This document shows, piece after piece, positions 17,290-28,143 of a stretch of DNA of 64,000 bases. A program made the position numbers and the translations under genes. Below the pieces are notes generated by a model, which was not told the origin of the DNA, made no database searches, and saw only the letters and a list, made by a program, of their open reading frames with translations. Source of the DNA: Candidatus Undinarchaeales archaeon (GTDB lineage: Archaea > SpSt-1190 > JASMDC01); contig JASMDC010000001.1 of the NCBI GenBank assembly GCA_030753015.1, forward strand, positions 165,467-229,466, in the 5' to 3' direction. Position 1 is the stretch's first letter. Each line of letters starts with the position of its first letter.

Positions 17290-19824
17290 CTAAGAGGAGC
17301 CCTCGTCCTCCTCGACCCGGCCTTCCTCCACATCGAGTTCGTACTTGGCGTCCTCGATGAAGGACTTGTACCGGTTGAGGTATTCCTTGGCGGTGTCCTT
17401 GTCCTTGGACTCTGCGATCACGTGGAACACGGGCCGCGATCCGTCGGGCCTGATGAGCACCCATCCGTCGTCGAACCACACCTTCAGGCCGTCCAGCGTC
17501 TCGATCTCCTTGCCCTCGGCCATCTCCATGATCGTCCGCATGATGCGGCCACGGTACTCCCACGGGCCCTCCACCGTGTCGCGGAGCACGTTGGTGACGG
17601 GCACCTTCTCCACGAGCTTGGACAGCGACTCATCGTGGGTCGCCACGATCTCTGCTAGCTTTGCCGCTAGCAGGATGCCGTCCCGGGAGAGCTGGAACTG
17701 CGGGAAGATGCAGGCCCCGAGCTCGTCCCCCCCGAGCTTAGCACCGCTCTCGACGATGGTCCTCTCGAGCACCGCCGGGCTCATCTTGGCGCGGATGACC
17801 TCGGCACCGACCTTCTGGGCTGCCTCCTCCACGACCAGCGACGCGGTGACGGGCACGACCATCTTCTCGCCCTTCTTGAGCAGGCACATGGCCATGAGCG
17901 CGAGGAGCACATCTCCCATCACGATCTGTCCGTCGTCGGTGACGCACATGAGCTTGTCAGCGTCCAGGTCATAGGCGACACCGAAGTCCGCCTGGAGGGC
18001 CTTCACCATCTTCGAGAGGTGGGAGAGGGCCTCGGGCGTCGGCCGGCTCTCCTGGGTCACGGTGCCCACCTGGGCATTGAGCGAGAGAACTTCGCAACCG
18101 ATTTCCTGGAGGATGAGCGGGGCGATGACGGAGCCCGCGCCCATGGCGCAGTCCACGACGATCCGAGGCCTGCGCTTGGTGATCGCCTCGATGTCCAGGT
18201 GCTTCTTGATGTTGCCACGGTAGCGATCGAGGTACCGTGCCGGGTACTCCACGTCACCCACGTTCATGGGCTCGGCGCGCTTGAGATCGCTCTTGAAGAA
18301 GATGTCCTCGATCTTGCGCTTCTCCGCCTCGTCGATATCCCTACCGTTGTCACCGAACACCTTGATGGTCACCTGTCCCATCTTGTGACCGCCGGTGACG
18401 GCGATACCGCCCTTGGCGGCGTAGGAGTTGACCAGGTACTGGATGACCGGCGTGGGCGCCACGGTCACGTTCAAGGCCGTCACACCGACGGAAGAGAGCC
18501 CTGCCACAAGAGCCCGCTTGATCATGCGAGTGGACAGGCGTGTGTCGCGTCCGATGATGACCTGGGTGCCCGATCCCAGGAACGTACCGATGGAGGCACC
18601 GAGCCTGGTGGCGAACTCGGGTGTGATCTCGATGTTCACCGTCCCGCTGACGCCCGAGTTGCCGAAGAGGTGCTGGAGCCAGGTGACGCCCACCTTGACG
18701 TCCATGTTCACTACCGCACCGGGTTCGACGACCTTCCCCGGCCAGAGCTTGATACCGGAATGGATGTGGCTCTTGCGGCCCACTACCGTGTTCTCGCCGA
18801 CCACCGCGTCGTGCTCGATGATGGCGCCGGACCCGACGTTGACGCCGGGGCACACGCAGCAGCGCTGGAGCACGGCACCCTCGAGGATGCGGGCGTTGCC
18901 CAGCACAACAGAACGGGAGATCTGGGCGTCCGGTCCGACGCTCACGTTGTTGCCGATAGAGGCCAGGGGGCCGACCTCGGCGCCCTTGCAGATGATGACG
19001 TTGTCGCCGATGACCGACGGGCCCCGGATGATGGCGCCATCCTCGATGATGGCATCCTTGCCGATCCACACGGTCTCTCCGCCCATTTCCTTGGCCTTTC
19101 CGGGTACTTCTGCCTTCACCTTCTGGGTGAGGACGTCGTGAGCGCCAACGATGAACTTCTCGGGATTGCCCACGTCGTGCCAGTAGCAGTCGTCGACGTA
19201 GCCGAACATGGGCTCCCCGTCGCCCAGCAGCTCGGGGAAGAGGTCCTTTGAGAAGTCGCGCACCTTGCCCTCGGGAAGGCGCTCGAACACGCGAGGCTCG
19301 ATGACGTAGGTACCGGTGTTGATGGTGTCACTGAAGACCTCGCTCCACCCGGGCTTCTCTAGGAAGCGGGTGATGCGACCGGTCTGGTCGGTGATCACGA
19401 TGCCGTACTCCAGCGGGTTCTCGACGCGTGTGAGGCCGATGGTCACGGCGGCCTTGTTCTTCTTGTGGAACTCTAAGAGCTTGGTGAGGTCGAAGTCGGT
19501 GAGCACGTCACCCGAGAGCACGAGGAAGGTGTCGTCCAGCTGATCGTGGACGAGCTTCACCCCGCCGGCAGTCCCCAGCGCCTTCTCCTCCACGGAGTAG
19601 GAGATGTTCACACCGTACTCCGAGCCATCGCCGAAGAACTCCTGGATCTGCTCGGCAAGGTAGCGTGTGGTGAGGATGATGTCAGTGATACCGTGCTTTT
19701 TGAGAAGCTCGATGATGTGCACGAGCATGGGCTTGTTGACTATGTGCGCGAGCGGTTTGGGGATGCCGCAGGTGACGGGGAGGAGCCGGGTACCCTTCCC
19801 TCCGGCCATGACGACTGCTTTCAT
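17290..19824 (-). CDS. Bifunctional mannose-1-phosphate guanylyltransferase / phosphomannomutase-like protein
   Basis: [11 protein letters not shown]...PKP, GTAGGV, FLEKP, hexapeptide repeats, then LFGNSGVSG and PGM/PMM domains. Confidence 0.9.
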   Translation of the reverse strand: MKAVVMAGGKGTRLLPVTCGIPKPLAHIVNKPMLVHIIELLKKHGITDIILTTRYLAEQIQEFFGDGSEYGVNISYSVEEKALGTAGGVKLVHDQLDDTFLVLSGDVLTDFDLTKLLEFHKKNKAAVTIGLTRVENPLEYGIVITDQTGRITRFLEKPGWSEVFSDTINTGTYVIEPRVFERLPEGKVRDFSKDLFPELLGDGEPMFGYVDDCYWHDVGNPEKFIVGAHDVLTQKVKAEVPGKAKEMGGETVWIGKDAIIEDGAIIRGPSVIGDNVIICKGAEVGPLASIGNNVSVGPDAQISRSVVLGNARILEGAVLQRCCVCPGVNVGSGAIIEHDAVVGENTVVGRKSHIHSGIKLWPGKVVEPGAVVNMDVKVGVTWLQHLFGNSGVSGTVNIEITPEFATRLGASIGTFLGSGTQVIIGRDTRLSTRMIKRALVAGLSSVGVTALNVTVAPTPVIQYLVNSYAAKGGIAVTGGHKMGQVTIKVFGDNGRDIDEAEKRKIEDIFFKSDLKRAEPMNVGDVEYPARYLDRYRGNIKKHLDIEAITKRRPRIVVDCAMGAGSVIAPLILQEIGCEVLSLNAQVGTVTQESRPTPEALSHLSKMVKALQADFGVAYDLDADKLMCVTDDGQIVMGDVLLALMAMCLLKKGEKMVVPVTASLVVEEAAQKVGAEVIRAKMSPAVLERTIVESGAKLGGDELGACIFPQFQLSRDGILLAAKLAEIVATHDESLSKLVEKVPVTNVLRDTVEGPWEYRGRIMRTIMEMAEGKEIETLDGLKVWFDDGWVLIRPDGSRPVFHVIAESKDKDTAKEYLNRYKSFIEDAKYELDVEEGRVEEDEGSS

Positions 19825-19877
19825 GGTTCGGGGACAACGGTCGTAGAAATAAAAACTTTAGCAACTGATCAGTGACC

Positions 19878-20162
19878 ATGGCCGAGGCGCACATGGCCTT
19901 TCTGATCATCGGCTACAACCTGAGCTTCATCTCCGAGCGTGCCGCTCCCGAGTGGCGCGACCGTATCTACGAGGCACTTAAGTCCCTCCACACCTGGCTC
20001 GAAGTGCTCGGGGCGCAGGACGACGAGATCGGGCTCGAGGTCGCCGGATGGATAGACAAGTTCGACAAGGGCATCGACATAGATTACGAGCGTCTGCGCC
20101 GCAAGGCCCGGGCCGCCTGGTGGGACACCATGGAAGAGACCGTCCGGGAGTACGCGGGCTGA
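19878..20162 (+). CDS. Hypothetical protein
   Basis: ~94-aa ORF with host-like codon usage and an AT-rich box upstream. Confidence 0.6.
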   Translation: MAEAHMAFLIIGYNLSFISERAAPEWRDRIYEALKSLHTWLEVLGAQDDEIGLEVAGWIDKFDKGIDIDYERLRRKARAAWWDTMEETVREYAG

Positions 20163-20170
20163 GCGCTGCC

Positions 20171-20866
20171 CTACTCCTCGCCCTGGGTGTCGAACGCCCG
20201 CCGACCCAGCAGGTACAGTTCCTTACCCTCGCCCCGCATGATGTGCTCGACGGCCACGCCCATCTCCATGAGCGCTGCCCGTCCAAGGTCCTCGAGCTCC
20301 TTCTCGTTCCCATCTCCCAGCTTGAGCACCTGGAGGACCCGTCCACCGGTGATCAGTAATGGTAGGAATCGTGCAGTGACGCCCAAGGAGGCGATCGGGT
20401 CCGCGGTGAGGTCGTTGAGGACGAGCGTCACGGGCTCTCCTTCGGTGATGATGGAGGGATCCACGGTGAAGGCGTCGGCGAAGGTCACCGAGACGTTGGC
20501 GGACCGGCCCCTCACCCCCTCGAGGGTCGGACGGAACTCATCGGTCACCTCGATCCCGTACACATGAGCACACCGGGGTGCGCAGTAGAGGATGAAACCT
20601 CCCGCGCTCGAGCCGAGGTCCAGTACGATGTCCTCCTTCTGGACGAAATACCACGCACCGTCGATGGTCGCGAGCTTGCGGTACCCGCGGGGGAGGATGC
20701 CCTCGGGCGTCACCTCGAGCCGGGTGGACGGATCCACCCTAGCGGACGGCTTGGTCACGACCTCGCCGTCCACCGACACGAGGCCGGCGATGACGGCATT
20801 CTTGGCCCTGGTCCGTGACGGTAGGAGCCCCTGCTCCACGAGCGCAGCATCGAGGCGCATGGTCAT
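20171..20866 (-). CDS. TlyA/FtsJ-like RNA methyltransferase with S4 domain
   Basis: MRLDAALVEQGLLPSRTRAK S4 motif; RGYRKL and VLDLGSSAGGF SAM-binding motif. Confidence 0.85.
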   Translation of the reverse strand: MTMRLDAALVEQGLLPSRTRAKNAVIAGLVSVDGEVVTKPSARVDPSTRLEVTPEGILPRGYRKLATIDGAWYFVQKEDIVLDLGSSAGGFILYCAPRCAHVYGIEVTDEFRPTLEGVRGRSANVSVTFADAFTVDPSIITEGEPVTLVLNDLTADPIASLGVTARFLPLLITGGRVLQVLKLGDGNEKELEDLGRAALMEMGVAVEHIMRGEGKELYLLGRRAFDTQGEE

Positions 20867-21030
20867 CTACAGGGACATGGCCCTTGAAAAGGTTTCCGGC
20901 CAGGACAGCGCCGTCCCGGGAATCCCGTTAAGAGAAATGATTATGGGATTGCCTTCCACAGAGGCGGTCCGGGAAAGAGTCATCGCACCGGACGTCGCGG
21001 ATCATAACGGCAGGGTGACGTCCGTCCCGC

Positions 21031-21969
21031 TCACAAGTACTCGAACCGGACGGTGCAAGGCGGGCCCACTTTCGTCATCTCGGCCCGAGGCTTGACCTTT
21101 GCGGTTTCCTGTTCGTAGAACATCTCGCCCAGGTCATTGGACACGAAGTCTGTCGGCACCATGACAGTGAACGTCTTCTTCGTACCGACGCTCTTGCACC
21201 CGTCGCATTCGGGGAGGCGGTGGCATTCCTCATCTTCCAGGAGCCAGACATCGGTGAAGGGGATGATCTCCACCTCGTTGATCCCCTCCTTAACCTTGTG
21301 GAAGTCCATGGACATATGCTGGATGACCGATGGTGGGATGGGTGCCTTCCCGTTGTTCTCGATGATGAAGCATAGCCGTTCCTCGGGCCTACCCTTGCAT
21401 CGTCCCACCGGACCGGTGCAGTAGCGTGCCTTCTTACACTGCATCTCGAAGACCCAGTCGCCGCCCGCCATGCCCTCTGCCACCTTCTCGGCGGTGAGCT
21501 TCCTGACGGTGGTGATGAACGCGAACTGGTAGGCGATGGCTAGGCCGAGGACCATGATGAACGCGCAGATGATGACCGCCGACATCATACCGGAGCCAGC
21601 GTCCTCGTCCGCGAAGATCTTCGCCAGCTCGCTCTCGGCCCCGGGATCGAGACCGTCCATACTGGCGGTCGTCAGGCTGGCATCCTGCGAGAACAGGCTC
21701 CCCTCAAGGGCGAGCGGTGGTCCCTGTCCGGGAGGGAGATACGATTGCGAGGTGGTATCAGTGCTCGGATTCCATTTCGAGTCGCTGTAGTCGCCCCACG
21801 CCGACTCGTCCTGGACCGCGGGCATTGCGGCGATCATCTCACCGGTGAGCTCGCCGCTACCTACCGAACTTATCGGTGTGCCGCACTTCGGGCAGGCAAG
21901 CGTCGGATTATCCTGACTGTACCTACCGCTGTTGCCACAACCCGCACAGGTGTAGTACACCCACTCCAA
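21031..21969 (-). CDS. Zinc-ribbon single-TM protein with Cys-rich external domain
   Basis: N-terminal CAGC...CPKCG, acidic linker, one TM segment, Cys-containing C-terminal domain. Confidence 0.7.
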   Translation of the reverse strand: MEWVYYTCAGCGNSGRYSQDNPTLACPKCGTPISSVGSGELTGEMIAAMPAVQDESAWGDYSDSKWNPSTDTTSQSYLPPGQGPPLALEGSLFSQDASLTTASMDGLDPGAESELAKIFADEDAGSGMMSAVIICAFIMVLGLAIAYQFAFITTVRKLTAEKVAEGMAGGDWVFEMQCKKARYCTGPVGRCKGRPEERLCFIIENNGKAPIPPSVIQHMSMDFHKVKEGINEVEIIPFTDVWLLEDEECHRLPECDGCKSVGTKKTFTVMVPTDFVSNDLGEMFYEQETAKVKPRAEMTKVGPPCTVRFEYL

Positions 21970-22043
21970 CGATATCAGGACTCCAATGAATACTCAGTCC
22001 CTAGGCTTATATAAAGCTTATTTCGAGTGGCGGATAATTCCGT

Positions 22044-23117
22044 CTAATCCTCTCTCTCACGCACCTGGAGGACGCGCTGTATGCGCAGTGACTCGTCGAT
22101 GATCGTCCGGATGAGGGATGTGCCCAGTTCCCGGGGGAGGCCGAGACGCGCGCATGCCTCGGTGAAGTTCTCTGTGTTCTTGATCTCCTGGTCCGGAACT
22201 CGGAGGGAGAGCCCGTACCGACGCTTGATATCGTAGATCTCCCGCGCCACATGGAAACGTTCCCCAAGGAGGGACGCCATGGCGAGGTCGACGCCCCGGA
22301 GGCGCTCGCGGAGCCGGGCGAGCTCCTTCTGGCCGGATGGTGGGACCTCGTCGAGCGTCGTACGGGCCTTCGTCTCAACGACCGTGCCGCCCCGCAGGTC
22401 GTCGAGGCATGTCACAGACACGTGCGTACCCTCATCGATGAAGTCCAACGCCTTCCGCTGGACGATGGGCGAGCCGTTCTTTGCCAGGGTGAGGATGTCC
22501 TTGGTGCTCATGGTGGAGAACCGTGCATTCCTGACCGCTCTCTTTGGATCGTCGGGATAGCAACCGTCCACGTCCTTGGCGAGCACGACACGCAGGCCGA
22601 GGAGACGTCCGACCAGTATCGCCGAGAGGTCGCTCCCGCCGCGCCCGAGGGTCGTTATACGCCCATCCCCGGTCATACCGAGGAAACCTGACATGACCAC
22701 AGTCGTCCCCTTGTCGAGTGCCTCGCGGACCTTATCGAGGGCCGCGTCCGTCATGTCGAGGAGCGGAGTGGCGTCCCCGAAGCGGTCATCGGTTATGATG
22801 GGCCATTCCCCGTCGTAGGGCGTGAGCACTTTCGTATCGATGCCCCGGTGCTCCAGTGCTGCACCCAGGATGCGGCAAGTGGTGACCTCTCCCTGGGCCA
22901 AGATGGAATCTACGGCATCGGGTGATGTGATCCCGGCACCCAGGGCCGTCGAGAAGAGCCGGTCCGTCTCCCCCTTCATTGCCGAGACGACGATGACGGC
23001 AGGGAGACCGAGGGAATCGTTGATGCTCTCGATCACATGGCCTATGTCCAGTGGCGTGGCGAGCACGGACCCACCGACCTTCACCACGTATGGAGCCTTT
23101 GTCCCCTTGCGTGTCAT
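22044..23117 (-). CDS. Aspartate kinase (no ACT domains) fused to an AroQ-type chorismate mutase domain
   Basis: VVKVGGS, VVSAMKGETD, TTLGRGGSDLSA, KDVDG; C-terminal LARLRERLRGVD...LLGERF...IKRRYGL...DQE. Confidence 0.85.
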   Translation of the reverse strand: MTRKGTKAPYVVKVGGSVLATPLDIGHVIESINDSLGLPAVIVVSAMKGETDRLFSTALGAGITSPDAVDSILAQGEVTTCRILGAALEHRGIDTKVLTPYDGEWPIITDDRFGDATPLLDMTDAALDKVREALDKGTTVVMSGFLGMTGDGRITTLGRGGSDLSAILVGRLLGLRVVLAKDVDGCYPDDPKRAVRNARFSTMSTKDILTLAKNGSPIVQRKALDFIDEGTHVSVTCLDDLRGGTVVETKARTTLDEVPPSGQKELARLRERLRGVDLAMASLLGERFHVAREIYDIKRRYGLSLRVPDQEIKNTENFTEACARLGLPRELGTSLIRTIIDESLRIQRVLQVRERED

Positions 23118-23182
23118 GACGAATCACACGAAGGATGCGAAGCTATAAATTCCTTGATGGAATCCTGTGTATCGAGCAGACC

Positions 23183-23689
23183 ATGCAACAGGGAGGGTAC
23201 GGGCAGGCTGGATATGGCCAGGGTACCTACGATCGTAGTCAGTACCAACAGTACTATCCGGCTTATTACACCTACAAGACCTATGCCAACACCCGCCAGT
23301 ACCAGGAGAGCGTCGTGAGCGGGGACAATCCGGCCCATCCGACAGCATCCAGCTCGGGCTCGAAGGGAGACAAGAAGAAGCAGATGGCTGTTGCGGCCGT
23401 CATCGTCGTGGCCCTCGTCGCCGCAGCCGTCCTCTTCAACATGGGAGAACCGAAGATAGATCCCACCCTGACGGACAAGGTCAGCACCGATCCCGATTCC
23501 AGCTACGTGATCGGTGTGTATGTGACGGAGGGTGCGCCCGAGGACATCCAGGGCTACTTCAATACGAAAGGCGCCAAGTATATAGGTAGCAAATCCAACG
23601 CCTCCATAGTGCTCGCCGAGGTCCCGGGGAGGGACATCGAGGTTCTCGGCAGTGAGGACTGGGTGACGAGGATCGTCAGCCAGGAATAG
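23183..23689 (+). CDS. Single-TM protein with Gln/Tyr/Gly-rich N-terminus and a small protease-propeptide-like domain
   Basis: Likely start MQQGGYG at 23183 after TATAAA (~23144); KKKQ followed by a hydrophobic helix. Confidence 0.65.
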   Translation: MQQGGYGQAGYGQGTYDRSQYQQYYPAYYTYKTYANTRQYQESVVSGDNPAHPTASSSGSKGDKKKQMAVAAVIVVALVAAAVLFNMGEPKIDPTLTDKVSTDPDSSYVIGVYVTEGAPEDIQGYFNTKGAKYIGSKSNASIVLAEVPGRDIEVLGSEDWVTRIVSQE

Positions 23690-23713
23690 ACTCCCGCCCG
23701 TACGGGAAGAGAC

Positions 23714-24616
23714 TCATTCGTTCGACTTCTCGAACAGCTCCTTGATCTGTACCTCGCGCTGCTCCACGTCCCCCGGATCCACACGCGGGCACCAGGAACC
23801 GGGCGACTCCACCGCGAATGAGGCCAGCGCCGTGCCGGCGAATGCCGAGGAGAGTGGGTCGGCGTTCGACGCGTACCGAGCCAGGAAACCGCCGATGAAC
23901 GCGTCACCGCATCCTGTGGGATCGGTGATGGGGAGGTCGAGGCTGGGGATGGTGTGAATGTTCACGCCATCGAAGATAATGCAGCCACCTGTCCCGATAG
24001 TGATGACCACGCAGCCCACTCCTTGGGCGTGGAACGCCTCTGCGCACGCTTCAAGATCGTTCTTACCGACGAGAGCCCTGGCCTCGAACTCGTTGGGGAA
24101 GGCCAGGTCGACCGATCCGAGGCCGGGGAATCCCTTGATACCCTTCTTCTCGTAGATCTTCGCATACGTCTGGTTGAAGTCGAGGCTCACGAGACTCGCG
24201 TTCCCGTCCATCGCTATGATGAACTTCGACTGGAGGGGAGGGGGCATGGGACAGATGTGCGCGAAGAACGCTCCATTGTAGGAGTCGGGCACAAGGGACG
24301 GGCTCAGTTGTTCGGAAACGCCCTCTTCCAGTTCGATCGATGTAGCGTCCCCCTTGTCGTTGTAATAGTAGTCGATACGCGTGGACTCGCCCTCGATCTC
24401 GGTGAGCCCGGAGGTATCGATACCATAGTACTCGAGGTCGGTGATCCAGTTCTTCGGGAAATCCGGACCCACGGCCGAGACGAGCCCCGTCTCCAGACCG
24501 AGCTGGACGGCCGAGGTAGCCACGGCAGGTGCCGAGCCCCCGGGCAGTACCTTCTCGCGTCCGTCAGGGTAGATGATGCGGTCGATGACCGAGTGTCCGA
24601 TGGTAATCAGGTCCAT
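23714..24616 (-). CDS. PfkB family carbohydrate/nucleoside kinase
   Basis: PGGSA, VGPDF, FPNEFE and DPTGCGDAFIGGF motifs. Confidence 0.9.
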   Translation of the reverse strand: MDLITIGHSVIDRIIYPDGREKVLPGGSAPAVATSAVQLGLETGLVSAVGPDFPKNWITDLEYYGIDTSGLTEIEGESTRIDYYYNDKGDATSIELEEGVSEQLSPSLVPDSYNGAFFAHICPMPPPLQSKFIIAMDGNASLVSLDFNQTYAKIYEKKGIKGFPGLGSVDLAFPNEFEARALVGKNDLEACAEAFHAQGVGCVVITIGTGGCIIFDGVNIHTIPSLDLPITDPTGCGDAFIGGFLARYASNADPLSSAFAGTALASFAVESPGSWCPRVDPGDVEQREVQIKELFEKSNE

Positions 24617-25566
24617 TTACGTCCCTCTCCGATGGTCTCTGCGACCTCCATTATGTCCTCGTGGGAGGTGGTGAGCATGTTCTCGATACCGTTGCCCTGG
24701 ATGACGAAGGACGCTGCCGCGCATCCGTTGACCGCAGCGTAGTACACGTCCTGTTCCTGGGCATAGGTGGCCAGAAAGGCGCCAGCGAAGGTATCACCTG
24801 CACCAGTGGGATCGGTGACGTTGGTGACCTCATAGGAAGGTATCTCCCAGATGACCTCGTCGTCCGCCACGACCACGCCCCGCTCGTCGCACTTGAGGCA
24901 GAGCACACCCTTGAAGAACCGCTGGAGATGGTCGGCGATGCGCACGAGTTTGCGTGATGTGAGCGCACCCGCTGCCTCCTTGGCCTCCGGCACGCTCATG
25001 AGCTTCCCATCCTTGATGTAGCGGTAGAGCATGACCGCCTCCTCGCGGTTGGGGAAGTAGAAGTCGGCTTTAGCGAACACCCTGTTGGTGAACACGTAGT
25101 GCTCACGGAAGATCTCGGCGGAGATCGAGTCGAGCGAGACGGCCGCGCTCCCCGTCGCAAGCTCCTCGATGAAGCGCTCCTGGAGCCGTGGACTGTTGGG
25201 GCAGAGGTGGATGATGCGGGCGTTGCGTCCATGTGTGGGGATGTCGTCGAGGCAGAGGGAGTTGCCCACGTTGATTTCGTAGTCGCAGTAGGTCGCCTTG
25301 AAGGCGTCGTGCTCGATGGTGAACCGCGTCGAGCGGCCTCCTGGTATGATCCTGAGGCCGGACAGGTCGATGCCGATCCGCCTGAGGCTCCGCAGGTAGT
25401 CGAGACGGAAGTCCCGGCCGATACGGCCGACGAGGCAGGTGTCGCCCTTGAGGAGCGATGACGATATCGCGGTATACACCGCGGCACCCCCCTGTGCGTC
25501 CACGAGGTTACCGCTGGAGCCCACCCGGTCCATGGAGACGTTCCCCACAACAGCGATATCCGTCAT
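24607..25566 (-). CDS. PfkB family carbohydrate/nucleoside kinase
   Basis: GGAAVY, IGRDF, FPNREE and DPTGAGDTFAGAF motifs; overlaps the next gene by 10 bp. Confidence 0.9.
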   Translation of the reverse strand: MTDIAVVGNVSMDRVGSSGNLVDAQGGAAVYTAISSSLLKGDTCLVGRIGRDFRLDYLRSLRRIGIDLSGLRIIPGGRSTRFTIEHDAFKATYCDYEINVGNSLCLDDIPTHGRNARIIHLCPNSPRLQERFIEELATGSAAVSLDSISAEIFREHYVFTNRVFAKADFYFPNREEAVMLYRYIKDGKLMSVPEAKEAAGALTSRKLVRIADHLQRFFKGVLCLKCDERGVVVADDEVIWEIPSYEVTNVTDPTGAGDTFAGAFLATYAQEQDVYYAAVNGCAAASFVIQGNGIENMLTTSHEDIMEVAETIGEGRKWT

Positions 25567-25725
25567 AGTCTACCAGCCCACCCTGAAGGGTAACCCATTT
25601 GAATGTATCGTAGCCGTCGGCTGAAGTTCCGAACAACTCATATGGACCTGTTCAGAACAACGCAGCAAAACATAAAAGAGGTCTTTCGCACTCCTTAAAT
25701 ATATTTTGAACGACCATCCTATCAC

Positions 25726-26493
25726 GTGACGGAGATGGCCGACGCATCGCCTAAGGGATTCGAGACCGAGTATGCTGCATGGAACGGATCACAAGAGCGC
25801 GTACTCAGTATCCTCGATGAGGTCAAGGAATCAGCGAAAGCCGGGGGACTGCAGCCGCCCACTCTGGAAGAGCTAGGGCTACACCCTTCGATCATGCCCG
25901 AGCTCTCCGACACGATGGTGTCATCTATCACAGACAAGGACGTCAGAGACGCTTATCTGTTCTCGATCGCCCTCGCCAGAAAGTTCACGATCAACTTCTG
26001 GAACGGCCAGGGGTACCCCTTCAAGGAGGGGTGCGAGCAGCACGCTGAGAGGTTCATCTGGCTCAAGGACTCGCTCTCCCGCCGCCCTCCTGTGGTCGCC
26101 TGGGCGGACACTCTCCAGTCATTCGTGTCCTCGTGCCTCGAGTTCTTCGACGGGATAAACGCGATGCCGGAGTTCGAGCGCAAGGATGATCTCCTCTTCT
26201 CATGGGGAGTGTCCTACGCGTACATATCCCTGTTCGACGTGGCCTTGAACGTCAAGTGCCGCTACTATGATTGTGAGATTGATGGGGCAGGGAAGGACCA
26301 GCCCAAGCTCCTGCTCTCTACCGGCGACGTGTTCCTCGAGGACGGGGATCCCGTGAAGGCGGCCGAGTATATGCTCCAGGCCTGGCGGAACGGGGACAAG
26401 AGCATCAAGGATCAGGTGAACAAGCGCATCAAGCATGTGAAGGAGATAGATCCCGATGTCGCCGCGACGCTGGCGGGTCTGATCAAAAAGTAA
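25726..26493 (+). CDS. Hypothetical helical protein, possible TPR-like C-terminus
   Basis: 255-aa ORF; TTAAATATA box about 25-30 bp upstream. Confidence 0.65.
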   Translation: MTEMADASPKGFETEYAAWNGSQERVLSILDEVKESAKAGGLQPPTLEELGLHPSIMPELSDTMVSSITDKDVRDAYLFSIALARKFTINFWNGQGYPFKEGCEQHAERFIWLKDSLSRRPPVVAWADTLQSFVSSCLEFFDGINAMPEFERKDDLLFSWGVSYAYISLFDVALNVKCRYYDCEIDGAGKDQPKLLLSTGDVFLEDGDPVKAAEYMLQAWRNGDKSIKDQVNKRIKHVKEIDPDVAATLAGLIKK

Positions 26494-26525
26494 GCATATA
26501 AAACTTCATCCATGACAGCCCCAGT

Positions 26526-27077
26526 ATGCCACGCAACCTCCTTGTAGCACTGAACTCGTTCTGGATCACAGTGTTCCTTGGAGCGCTGATCGGGGCAATC
26601 GTCTTTCGCGACGTCGCCTCGATCGTGGTATTTGCCGTGCTCCTCCTTGCCGCATATATTTCTGACCGTGAGCGGATCGCTCGCCGTACCGACGCCTTCG
26701 ACTTCGTGGAGGCGGTGTTCGAGAAGCTCGAGGAGCCGATGTTGATCAGCGAGGTCTACCGGCTGGGCTCCAAGGGATTCACGAGCAAGAAGGCGATCAT
26801 CGCTGACCTCCTACACCGGGGTGTGCTGAAGTGGGACGACCACCACCACCTCATGCTCGATGAGACCAACCTCATGATCCGCAAGAACGAGGTGTTCACG
26901 CGTGCTCTTGCGTTCGCCCTGTTCTTCCTCATAATCGTCCTGACGTACAAGTGGACCTATGGAGATCCATTCGTTGACAGGTTCCTCCATGCAATCTCGG
27001 CTCTCATCGTGGTCGTGACCCTCATCAAGACGGCCTATCTGTCGATGATCCCCATCCATCTCAAGTTCTGGGATTAG
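26526..27077 (+). CDS. Four-TM membrane protein
   Basis: Two pairs of hydrophobic helices around a soluble loop; 1 bp from the next gene. Confidence 0.7.
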   Translation: MPRNLLVALNSFWITVFLGALIGAIVFRDVASIVVFAVLLLAAYISDRERIARRTDAFDFVEAVFEKLEEPMLISEVYRLGSKGFTSKKAIIADLLHRGVLKWDDHHHLMLDETNLMIRKNEVFTRALAFALFFLIIVLTYKWTYGDPFVDRFLHAISALIVVVTLIKTAYLSMIPIHLKFWD

Positions 27078-27078
27078 G

Positions 27079-28086
27079 ATGGAGACCGCCCGCGCTGTCA
27101 GGGCCATCAAGGACCTGGTCGCCGACACCTCGCGCGTGCTCATCCTGACCCATAACAATCCCGATCCCGATGCTGTCGCGGCCGCCTTCGGCCTGAAAGC
27201 GCTCGTGGAGGCGTTCGGCCCACGAGCCGTCATCGGGTACGGGGGCATCATCGGCAGGGCGGAGAACCGTGCTATGGTCAAGCAGCTGCGCATCCAGATG
27301 TTCCCTATGGACATGGTCGATCCGGAGGAGCACGATGTGGTCGCTGTCGTGGACGCACAGCCCTCGGGCGGGAACACCCCATTCGGCCAGAAGATGCGTA
27401 CCGACATAGTCATCGACCATCACCCCCTGCGTGAAGGGATGCCTGATGTGCAAGTGCTCGACGTGCGCGAGGAATACGGCGCCACAAGCACCATCATCAC
27501 GGGATACCTCCACATGGCGAGCGTTGAATGGGACGAGAACCTGGCCACGGCCCTCTTCTACGGTATCAAGTCGGACATCGGCGACCTCTCCCGGGACAGT
27601 ACGCGTGCCGACCACCTGGCCATGCGGATGCTCTTCCCCACCATCTCCCACAACCTCCTCACACGCATCGAGCGCCCGCGCATCCCCGCAGCCCACTTCC
27701 TTGCGCTCCGGGACGCGATCGGTAATGTCCAGATATTCGATGACGTACTGGTGTGCGACCTGGGAACGGTCGACTCACCGGACATGATCGCCGAGATGGC
27801 GGACGACTTCCTCAGATTGAAGGGCATCCTGTGGACCATGTGCCTTGGAGAGTGCGATGGGAAGCTCAACTTCTCCCTTCGGGCATTGCTCCATGGGAGC
27901 ATCGCGGGCCCCGTAGCGGAGCGGTTGCTCCAGGGAGTGGGTTCGGGCGGTGGTCACGACCGGTCCGCAGCCGGTACGATGCTCCTTCCCGAGGACGAGG
28001 AGGCCCGGCGCGAGATCAAGGCACAGCTCATCGAACGGTTCCTTCAGGCGCTCGACCGCCAGAACGCCGAGGGACGCTACCTCTGA
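27079..28086 (+). CDS. DHH family phosphoesterase (NrnA-like)
   Basis: THNNPDPDA, VVD, IDHH, GATSTI and GGGH motifs. Confidence 0.9.
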   Translation: METARAVRAIKDLVADTSRVLILTHNNPDPDAVAAAFGLKALVEAFGPRAVIGYGGIIGRAENRAMVKQLRIQMFPMDMVDPEEHDVVAVVDAQPSGGNTPFGQKMRTDIVIDHHPLREGMPDVQVLDVREEYGATSTIITGYLHMASVEWDENLATALFYGIKSDIGDLSRDSTRADHLAMRMLFPTISHNLLTRIERPRIPAAHFLALRDAIGNVQIFDDVLVCDLGTVDSPDMIAEMADDFLRLKGILWTMCLGECDGKLNFSLRALLHGSIAGPVAERLLQGVGSGGGHDRSAAGTMLLPEDEEARREIKAQLIERFLQALDRQNAEGRYL

Positions 28087-28143
28087 CGCCGCCACCCATG
28101 CCTGAGGACAACCTATTTATTCCTTGTCCGGGAACGACCACCT

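Noticed and set aside
13320-17290. Complete integron
   Set aside because: No tyrosine recombinase (R-H-x-x-R...Y) gene in the window; only cassettes and att-like sites are supported
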